DNA from: Campylobacterota bacterium
Lineage (GTDB): Bacteria > Campylobacterota > Campylobacteria > Campylobacterales > Sulfurovaceae
Reading direction: 5' to 3'
DNA length: 11,048 bases
Assembly (NCBI GenBank): GCA_034722955.1
Contig: JAYEOM010000052.1
Span: 1 to 11,048 of the forward strand
A program made the position numbers and the translations under genes. Below are positions 1-6,355 of this stretch, one piece after another. Within the stretch, counting starts at the first letter, position 1. Every line of letters begins with the position of its first letter. The notes beneath the pieces are model-generated. The model was not told the origin of the DNA. It did no database searches and saw nothing but the letters and a program-made list of their open reading frames with translations.

Positions 1-259
1 TAAGGATATACGAGAGGATTTTCAGGAGGTGTGATTTACCAGAACCGAAGTGCCCCGAAATCCATACACCGATGTTTTGCGTATTTTTACTTATGCTTGG
101 ACTGTATTCACCAAAGAACTCATCTAGTTTCTTGTTTAGGTCGTTCGTAATGACATACTCATCTACCTCTTGAAAGATGGCTTCATCTGTGAGATTGTCC
201 GCCTTGATGACCCCCTCAATGTTTCTGTGTATATCTTTCTTAAATAAATTTCCAATCAT
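1..259 (-). CDS. brxC: BREX system P-loop ATPase BrxC, 5' part only (continues beyond window start)
   Basis: Not in the ORF track; hand-translated from ATG at 259: MIGNLFKKDIHRNIEGVIKADNLTDEAIFQEVDEYVITNDLNKKLDEFFGEYSPSISKNTQNIGVWISGHFGSGKSHLLKILSYIL... This has the BrxC-type N-terminus (R-x-I-E-G-V-I-K, EYVIT) and Walker A 'GVWISGHFGSGKS' (GHFGSGKS at 55-32). RBS AAGGA precedes the ATG, and the gene lies 9 bp after the brxB stop. Confidence 0.93.
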   Translation of the reverse strand, partial: MIGNLFKKDIHRNIEGVIKADNLTDEAIFQEVDEYVITNDLNKKLDEFFGEYSPSISKNTQNIGVWISGHFGSGKSHLLKILSYIL

Positions 260-268
260 TTTTTATCC

Positions 269-856
269 TTACAAATTGAGTGTATCGAGGTTAAAAGCCC
301 GATAGTAGTTATCATCTTTGAGCGTCCCGAAAAGAGAAAGGTCTTTGCCGTAAGTACCGGGGAAGAACATCACTGTTGGTCTCTCTTTGATACTGTTCTG
401 TAAATTGTTCAAGATGGTATGCGAACGGATGTAGGGGAACACTTGACCGATACCTGTTAAAAATATCATTCCAGAAGGATTCTCTTTGGCGAGTTTCTCT
501 ATCTGTGGTATGAGCTTAGTTTCACTATCGAGGACACCCTGTAGTGTCTTAAAGAGCTTTGCTTTGGATAGACTGCTCTCTTTGGCAATAATCTTATCGA
601 GTACATCTCGTTCTTCAAGCATATCCAGTGCCAAGTCAAACAAATTGATTTCATATACAGAGATACCTGCAAGAGAGAGTCTGTCTTTGAGCTGTTTTGT
701 CTTTTGGACTACATCATTCTCCTGCACTGGATTATAGGGGACGATATAAAAAGGTATCTCCCCACCCAAGGCACTCATAGATAAGAAACTCTCTTTTTTT
801 AAATTGTTAAAAAGCTTCTCGTATTTTGTTTCTAAAGATTCTAATTTTAATTTCAT
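269..856 (-). CDS. brxB: BREX protein BrxB (DUF1788 family)
   Basis: 195 aa with motifs GGEIPFYI..Y.P..E, LTGIGQVFPYIRSH..LNNLQ, P.VMFFPG.Y and C-terminal L.LFG.L.DDNYYRAFNL, typical of DUF1788. Lies between brxA and brxC, with an ATGA overlap with brxA at 853-856. Confidence 0.93.
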   Translation of the reverse strand: MKLKLESLETKYEKLFNNLKKESFLSMSALGGEIPFYIVPYNPVQENDVVQKTKQLKDRLSLAGISVYEINLFDLALDMLEERDVLDKIIAKESSLSKAKLFKTLQGVLDSETKLIPQIEKLAKENPSGMIFLTGIGQVFPYIRSHTILNNLQNSIKERPTVMFFPGTYGKDLSLFGTLKDDNYYRAFNLDTLNL

Positions 857-1482
857 AGTTTTGGGTATCTCTTTGTCAGTTCATTTATTTCATTATTGCT
901 ATAGAGAAAAGCACTCAGGTATCTAGGATCATCCTGAACGATAAGTTTTATAAGCTCTTCGGAGAGGTAAGGCTTCTGTATATTTTTGGTTTTAACACTA
1001 TCAATAAATCCAGCCTGCTCAAACATCTTGAACATTACCTGTTTTAACTTCTTCTGTGTAGCTTCAGAGATAGTATTGAGATTCTCAAAGCTGACGGCTT
1101 TGCTGTCATAGAACGATTCATAGTCGCTATTCAGCACTTGAAAGTCAAACAGCAGTAACTTCTTCCGCATCACCTCGGTTGCAAAGTCGTAGATAAACCC
1201 ATAGAGTTTAAAACAACTCAGCATCGTAAGGCTCTTTGCATCAGAACTGGATGCATCTGCATAAAAGGCAAGCTGTTCGGGGGTAAGTGTATCCAATCGT
1301 TTTTGAAGTTCAATGAAAAGACGCTCTCTACCAGTCAATGAACCTTTCTGCAAAACATTCTCTTCAAGCACACTTTTACGCACAGTAGACCAGTCTCCTT
1401 CATCAAGACACAAACCAGCAATTACCTCTGATTCATAAGATGACAGTGCTGCTGTTGTGTATGATAGAATATATTTAGCCAC
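853..1482 (-). CDS. brxA: BREX protein BrxA (DUF1819 family)
   Basis: 209 aa, GTG start. Motifs Y.LS.T.AAL, W..V...V.EEN.LQK, E...RL..L, FIYDF..EV.R.K and SEATQKKLKQVMFKM..QAG match DUF1819. First gene of the brxABC order. Confidence 0.9.
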   Translation of the reverse strand: MAKYILSYTTAALSSYESEVIAGLCLDEGDWSTVRKSVLEENVLQKGSLTGRERLFIELQKRLDTLTPEQLAFYADASSSDAKSLTMLSCFKLYGFIYDFATEVMRKKLLLFDFQVLNSDYESFYDSKAVSFENLNTISEATQKKLKQVMFKMFEQAGFIDSVKTKNIQKPYLSEELIKLIVQDDPRYLSAFLYSNNEINELTKRYPKL

Positions 1483-1521
1483 TAATCTTTATACCATTCC
1501 TCTTTAATATTCCTAATATTA

Positions 1522-1529
1522 ATTATATC
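1522..1529 (-). promoter_or_regulatory. Candidate sigma70 -10 element (gaTATAAT) for the BREX operon
   Basis: The reverse complement of 1522-1529 reads GATATAAT, about 40 bp upstream of the brxA GTG. It matches the gnTAnaAT consensus, but the region is very AT-rich. Confidence 0.4.
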
Positions 1530-1589
1530 CTAAAGGTTATTATAAGCTCTGTAGTGAAGATGAGTATTATTATACATTAATCAACATCT

Positions 1590-1598
1590 TGGTATTAT
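1590..1598 (+). promoter_or_regulatory. Candidate extended -10 element (TGgTATTAT) for the small ORF and ybgC
   Basis: TGGTATTAT at 1590-1598, 36 bp upstream of the ATG at 1635. Confidence 0.35.
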
Positions 1599-1627
1599 AC
1601 CTTCGTACAGGAGTGCCGTTTAAAGGG

Positions 1628-1649
1628 TATTTTTATGAGCATAAAAATA
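1628..1649. repeat. Perfect 10-2-10 inverted repeat TATTTTTATG-AG-CATAAAAATA
   Basis: 1628-1637 is the exact reverse complement of 1640-1649. Function not established. Confidence 0.7.
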
Positions 1650-1724
1650 AGAACTAAAAATGGTAAGTTGATAGCTAATAACCCAATGTTCGGAAAGCCC
1701 CATGCAATAGGAGTTTCAAGGTGA
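1635..1724 (+). CDS. Putative 29-aa basic small protein MSIKIRTKNGKLIANNPMFGKPHAIGVSR
   Basis: ATG at 1635 preceded by AAGGG (1623-1627). The TGA stop at 1722-1724 overlaps the ybgC GTG (GTGA overlap). No family recognised. Confidence 0.35.
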   Translation: MSIKIRTKNGKLIANNPMFGKPHAIGVSR

Positions 1725-2089
1725 AAATACGAGTCTATTACGAAGATACAGATGCTGGTGGTATTGTTTATCATACTAACTATATCAAGTATTGTGAGAG
1801 GGCTAGGTCTGAACGCTTCTTTGAGAGATCTATGACACCATTGGGAGATAATCATTCAGGCTTTGTGGTACGCCATATAGATGCTAACTTTTTGGCAACA
1901 TCAAAACTGGGCGATACTCTAAATGTCACCTCCAAAATCATAACACTCAAAAATAGCTCATTGACTCTGCTCCAAGAGATCTGGAGAGATGAGTTGAAGA
2001 TCTTTAGTATGGAGATACTACTGGTTTATATAAAAGATAAAAAACCAAGTAGAATTCCTAATGATCTCAAAGAGATTTTCAGTGAGTAG
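1721..2089 (+). CDS. ybgC: YbgC/FadM-family hotdog acyl-CoA thioesterase
   Basis: N-terminal signature IRVYYEDTDAGGIVYHTNY.KYCERAR, plus FVVR and LGD.L.V. 122 aa, with RBS AGGAG 7 nt before the GTG. Confidence 0.9.
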   Translation: MKIRVYYEDTDAGGIVYHTNYIKYCERARSERFFERSMTPLGDNHSGFVVRHIDANFLATSKLGDTLNVTSKIITLKNSSLTLLQEIWRDELKIFSMEILLVYIKDKKPSRIPNDLKEIFSE

Positions 2090-2112
2090 GTGTCACTTAA
2101 AATAATAATTTG

Positions 2113-2120
2113 GTTACAAT
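2113..2120 (+). promoter_or_regulatory. Candidate -10 element (gtTACAAT) for the glmL operon
   Basis: GTTACAAT at 2113-2120 in the 66-bp ybgC-glmL gap. RBS-like AGGGA precedes the ATG at 2156. Confidence 0.4.
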
Positions 2121-2155
2121 ACTATAAATCATCCAAGAGATAGGGATCATATACT

Positions 2156-3331
2156 ATGAGCAGACTGTTAATAGACATCGGAAGTACCTACTTCAAGGTT
2201 GCCCAAGAGGGCAAGATAGACCAATACTTTAGAAACTTTGATACAAGTATTCTCAATGATTTAGAGAGTAAATGTGCAGCCACTTTAACACAATATGATA
2301 AAGATGATATCTATATCTGTAGCTCAGCCAATGGCGGATTGACGACACTGATCATAGGGCTTACAAACTCCTTTAGCCTCAAATATGCAGTCAATATCGC
2401 TTTCAATTCAGGGATCAATATCATCAGTACTCTACTCTATCCCAAAATCACTGAGTCTATAGCACCTACAGAGATGATAGATGTAGTTATCATCGTAGGT
2501 GGTATCGACTCGGTAGAGCATGTTTTTGATGAGAAGCTCATAGCATACCTCAGAGAGATTAACTATCAAAACATTGTTTTTGTAGGGAGTCAAAAGAGTG
2601 GTGACTTCTTGAGATCAGAGCTACCTGCTGTTGCTATATTGGAAAATATCATATCTGACAAACTCAAGATCCAAGAGGATGCACTCAAAAACTACTTGAC
2701 TGACCTCTACCAAGCTGATATCATGGGCAAAGAGGATATCAAGCAACTCTACGCACTAACCAGCAACCAAATCTACTCTACTCCATACATCGTCAATCGT
2801 TCACTATCCAAGATACATGAACACCTCGAAGTGGCAGATCCCTTTATAGTCATAGATATTGGAGGAGCGACTACAGATATACACTATAGCCGTGATTTGG
2901 TCAATGATAATATCTTGAGTGAACACGGGTATGATAGATTGGTCTTCAAAAAGCTAGGAGTCTTTAAATCTCGTGAGAGTCTTGTGCATATCGCCAAACA
3001 AAATGAGTTTGTCTTTGAACTCTTAGAGCACCTCAATGTCACTGAGAATATCCTAGAAGAGCATAGTGATGAAGCGATTCGTATCCTGATGCAACTATCT
3101 ATATTTCTCGTACTCTACAAGGTATCCAAACACCACGCCTCCTATATAGAGCTCAACCTTGAGATACTCAATAGCATCGTATTGACAGGCGGTATCACCA
3201 AAGTCTTGACACAAGAAGATGTAGATGACATCATCCTGTTTTTCTACAAAAAGATTTTGAATTTTCACCATACACCTACCATCTTTTTGGATAAGAAGTA
3301 TGAGATTTGGACTTATGGGGTTGGGGAGTAA
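2156..3331 (+). CDS. glmL: Glutamate mutase L (GlmL/MutL)-family ASKHA-fold ATPase, putative B12-mutase reactivating/accessory factor
   Basis: Phosphate-1 motif LIDIGSTYFK, the family motif CSSANGGL (cf. CSSAAGGL), IVGGID, phosphate-2 motif IDIGGATTDIH and LTGG adenosine motif. 391 aa. Unrelated to mismatch-repair MutL. Confidence 0.8.
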   Translation: MSRLLIDIGSTYFKVAQEGKIDQYFRNFDTSILNDLESKCAATLTQYDKDDIYICSSANGGLTTLIIGLTNSFSLKYAVNIAFNSGINIISTLLYPKITESIAPTEMIDVVIIVGGIDSVEHVFDEKLIAYLREINYQNIVFVGSQKSGDFLRSELPAVAILENIISDKLKIQEDALKNYLTDLYQADIMGKEDIKQLYALTSNQIYSTPYIVNRSLSKIHEHLEVADPFIVIDIGGATTDIHYSRDLVNDNILSEHGYDRLVFKKLGVFKSRESLVHIAKQNEFVFELLEHLNVTENILEEHSDEAIRILMQLSIFLVLYKVSKHHASYIELNLEILNSIVLTGGITKVLTQEDVDDIILFFYKKILNFHHTPTIFLDKKYEIWTYGVGE

Positions 3332-3334
3332 GAG

Positions 3335-3901
3335 ATGAAACTCATTATCAATAAATTTCCACCTATAACACAAAGATGTGAGATAGATTTATCTAAAAAA
3401 CTTACTCTTTTTGTGGGGGAAAATAATAGTGGCAAGAGTTATATATCGCAGTTGATTTGGGGGATTTTCAATAAGTTATCTTATGTGCAATCTCTTAATA
3501 TGACAAATTTACAACAAATATCTACTATTTTTACAAAACATATTCAAGAGCAGACGGTAAAAAATGTTACTATCTCATCATTAAATCATAACTCTCAATA
3601 TTGGCTTGTTGATACAGAGTCAAATGCATTTCAGGTGCAGGGCAAATTGGAAAAGTTTAAAAATTCACTTAGTTTTATCTATATTTTACTCCATCTATTG
3701 GATGGTAAAGCTAATCAGGAGATAAATATCTTTGGTATTTTGGCGGCCCAAAAAGAGATGAATTGGAATGAAAAAAGTACTTTAAATATATTTAGTTCAA
3801 CCTCAATACGCTATATCAAACGCTCATTTTTTACTCAAAATAGTGAAATAGAGATAGATTTTTCTGATATAATAAAACCTAAGGAGCAAACATGTCTGTA
3901 A
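3335..3901 (+). CDS. Truncated or chimeric AAA_15/ABC-type (OLD/AbiEii-like) ATPase; N-terminal Walker A only, possible pseudogene
   Basis: MKLIINKFPPI...EIDLSKKLTLFVGENNSGKS (Walker A at 3416-3439) is a typical AAA_15 N-terminus. No ABC signature, Walker B (hhhhDE/EEPE) or H-loop in 188 aa. Visibly lower GC than neighbours. Confidence 0.6.
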   Translation: MKLIINKFPPITQRCEIDLSKKLTLFVGENNSGKSYISQLIWGIFNKLSYVQSLNMTNLQQISTIFTKHIQEQTVKNVTISSLNHNSQYWLVDTESNAFQVQGKLEKFKNSLSFIYILLHLLDGKANQEINIFGILAAQKEMNWNEKSTLNIFSSTSIRYIKRSFFTQNSEIEIDFSDIIKPKEQTCL

Positions 3902-5466
3902 ACACTATTCAAAACCTATTGGAAAGAGCTGTACGGGTAGAGCCTGACAAGATAGGGCTTGTAGATGGGACAACTAGCTATACCTATATCCAACTCAAAG
4001 ATAAAGTAGACAGAGTTGCACACTACCTTACGAGCCTTGGACTGCCAAAAGGGAGTCGTATCGGTATCTACTCTACCAAGAGTTCACAGCAGGTTATTGC
4101 TATATTGGCGGTACTCTCTACGGAGTATCTCTTTGTGCCTATTACTCGACTACTCAAACCAGAGCAGGTGAAACATATCATAGATGACTGCTCTATCAGC
4201 TGTATCATTACAGATATTAGCAAGCTAGAGAGTATAAAGGCTATTGATTTTAGTGGCAAAGTTATCACATATAGAGCTACCGATGAGAGTGATGTCTCTT
4301 TTGAAGAGATTTACAAGTTTTATTCTGGCGATATAGAGTGTCAGCTGCATGGTCATGACAATGCATGTATCACATATAGCTTTGGCTCGTCAGGCAATCC
4401 ACGGGGAATAGTGATAGATAACCGTGCATTGATAGATGGGGCGAGGATAGTCTCTAGCTATCTAAAACTACGAAAGAGTGATGTCATCTCAGGTATCCTT
4501 TCGTTCAATCTGGACTATGGGCTCAACCAGCTCTTTGCTACACTATATAGACGAGCTACACTTGTGATACATAAATTTCTTTTGCCATCAGACTTCTTTG
4601 GTCATTTGATCAATGATAAGATCACTGTACTGCCTCTGATGCCTATACATATCAGCCAAATGTTTGATGAGGATGCTCACCGTATACCGCAGTCGGCACA
4701 CTTCAAAAACCTACATACGATCACTTCTTCAGGAGGAAATATTACACCATTGATGTTAAAAAATATCAATACACACTTCCCAGATGCTAAACTATATGCT
4801 ATGCATGGATTGACCGAAGCATTTCGCTCTAGCTATCTAGATCCTAGTCAACTATCTACACGACCTACCTCTATCGGCAAGGCGATACCTGATGTGGAGC
4901 TATATATCATCAATGAAGATGGAGAGGCATGTAAACCTGGAGAGACAGGTGAGCTGATCCATAGAGGTGCTTGCATCTACAGAGGCTACTGGAATGACCC
5001 GAAAGAGAGTGCAACAAGATTCAAATCTATTCATATATTGGACAAAGTTATCCATCCGGAGGGACAACTAAGTGATGAGATAGTCATAGCTAGTGGGGAC
5101 TTTGTATATGCTGACGAGGAGGGATATATATACTTTGTCTCGCGTAAAGATGACATGATCAAAACCAAAGGGTATCGTGTAAGTCCACATGAAATAGAGC
5201 GAGTTATAGAGGATAAACTACCCATTATCACCGCATGTTCTATCTTCTCTATACCCAACGACGAGATAGAGGAGGAGATAGTTCTCATATATAGTGCCAA
5301 GAGTGAACTTGCACGAAATGAGATACTGTTTGAGATGAAAAAGCATCTGCCTAACTATATGCTGCCGGAGCAGATCATCTACAGGCAGACTATGCCACTC
5401 AAGTCACTCCATGAAAAGCAGGTAGACAAAGAGGCACTCAAGAGAGATTTTCTGAAACTATTTTGA
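3892..5466 (+). CDS. ANL-superfamily AMP-forming ligase, resembling the exosortase-A-associated acyl-CoA ligase family (TIGR03098-like)
   Basis: Motifs LSFNLDYGLNQL, MHGLTEAFRSSYLDP, RPTSIGKAIP, GELIHRG...GYWNDP, SGD.V..DEEGYIYFVSRKDDMIKTKGYRVSP.EIE. RBS AAGGAG. P-loop and terminal Lys motifs are atypical (see findings). Confidence 0.85.
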   Translation: MSVNTIQNLLERAVRVEPDKIGLVDGTTSYTYIQLKDKVDRVAHYLTSLGLPKGSRIGIYSTKSSQQVIAILAVLSTEYLFVPITRLLKPEQVKHIIDDCSISCIITDISKLESIKAIDFSGKVITYRATDESDVSFEEIYKFYSGDIECQLHGHDNACITYSFGSSGNPRGIVIDNRALIDGARIVSSYLKLRKSDVISGILSFNLDYGLNQLFATLYRRATLVIHKFLLPSDFFGHLINDKITVLPLMPIHISQMFDEDAHRIPQSAHFKNLHTITSSGGNITPLMLKNINTHFPDAKLYAMHGLTEAFRSSYLDPSQLSTRPTSIGKAIPDVELYIINEDGEACKPGETGELIHRGACIYRGYWNDPKESATRFKSIHILDKVIHPEGQLSDEIVIASGDFVYADEEGYIYFVSRKDDMIKTKGYRVSPHEIERVIEDKLPIITACSIFSIPNDEIEEEIVLIYSAKSELARNEILFEMKKHLPNYMLPEQIIYRQTMPLKSLHEKQVDKEALKRDFLKLF

Positions 5467-5496
5467 TCATATTAAATTATAAATAAGGATATAGAG

Positions 5497-6285
5497 ATGG
5501 CACTTTTTTTTGTAGATATTGAGGCTACCGGTCTCGATCTTGAAAATGATCGGATCATACAACTGGCTTTTTTGAAACAAGATGGCGATAAGATTGAGAT
5601 TTTCAATGACCTCTGCTATACAGATCTAGATATGAGTTATACCGCTATGGGTATACACCACATAACTCCAGAGATGATAGCAGATAGCTACTGGCCCTAC
5701 GAGACAGATAGCTATATAGCGTTCGAGAAAGATAATAACGAATCCAACTATTTCATTTCACATGGCAATGAACTCGATATAACCATGCTCGAAAATGAGG
5801 GCTTGGAGATGAAGATGAAACGCATAGATACAGACAAGTGTGCAAGACACCTTCTCAAAGATGCTGAGGATTATAAGCTCCAGACACTTCGCTATCAGTA
5901 TGGTCTATATCAAAAAGAGGTCAAAGTAGCAGAAGAGCTTGGGATAGGAGAGATGAGGGCTCATGATGCTATGAGTGATGTATTGTGGCACTATCTGCTG
6001 TTTGGGTTGTTGCTGGAGAAGGTTGATAGTGTAGATAGACTTGTTACCTTGACGCAGACACCTATCTTGCTAGAGAGGATCACCTTCGGAAAGTACAAAA
6101 ATAAAAATATGACTTTTGAAGAGTTATTTGCTACAGATCCGGGTGATTTTGTCTGGATGTACAACCATATAGCCAAAGATTGGGCTGATCTGGAGTATAC
6201 AGTAAAACATTGGCTCAAAACAGATCCTAGATACTGGAAGATGGCTCAGGATGAGAGAAAAAAAAGCTCTTGGTTTGATACCTAA
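5497..6285 (+). CDS. DEDDh 3'-5' exonuclease (exonuclease X-like, RNase T/DnaQ superfamily)
   Basis: ExoI DIEATG, ExoII HGNELD, ExoIII AHDAMSD, plus LQTLRY and a C-terminal ITFGKYK module typical of ExoX-like proteins. RBS AAGGA. Confidence 0.85.
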   Translation: MALFFVDIEATGLDLENDRIIQLAFLKQDGDKIEIFNDLCYTDLDMSYTAMGIHHITPEMIADSYWPYETDSYIAFEKDNNESNYFISHGNELDITMLENEGLEMKMKRIDTDKCARHLLKDAEDYKLQTLRYQYGLYQKEVKVAEELGIGEMRAHDAMSDVLWHYLLFGLLLEKVDSVDRLVTLTQTPILLERITFGKYKNKNMTFEELFATDPGDFVWMYNHIAKDWADLEYTVKHWLKTDPRYWKMAQDERKKSSWFDT

Positions 6286-6316
6286 ACAATAATAATTATC
6301 CTTTAAGAGTATCTAC

Positions 6317-6324
6317 TGTATACT
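6317..6324 (+). promoter_or_regulatory. Candidate -10 element (TATACT) for ccpA with an upstream TTTAAG
   Basis: TATACT at 6319-6324, TTTAAG at 6302-6307, and RBS AAGGA before the ATG at 6356. Confidence 0.4.
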
Positions 6325-6355
6325 TTCCTGATATTAATTATAAAAGGAAAGTATA

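Noticed and set aside
486..737. 83-aa + strand ORF
   Set aside because: Antisense shadow of brxB; no motif or RBS.
1489..1497. ATG-GTA-TAA mini-ORF after GAGGA in the brxA leader (- strand)
   Set aside because: The ATG abuts the SD-like sequence with no usable spacing; likely chance.
1595..1855. 86-aa hydrophobic - strand ORF upstream of brxA, considered as a possible BREX accessory gene
   Set aside because: Half of it is antisense to the conserved ybgC signature. Hydrophobicity follows from the A-rich opposite strand, and there is no recognisable motif.
2156..3331. Calling this gene mismatch-repair mutL or a simple sugar kinase
   Set aside because: It has no GHKL motifs. The CSSAxGGL and DIGGATTD motifs fit the glutamate mutase L family.
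5504..5511. T8 tract at the 5' end of the exonuclease (and A8 at 6258-6265) as phase-variation sites
   Set aside because: Short A/T runs are expected in AT-rich DNA and the ORF is intact. Phase variation in this group usually involves longer poly-G/C tracts.
5497..6285. Exonuclease as part of the BREX or another defence system
   Set aside because: It is 4 kb from brxA on the opposite strand with host-like composition, and ExoX-like genes are common housekeeping genes.
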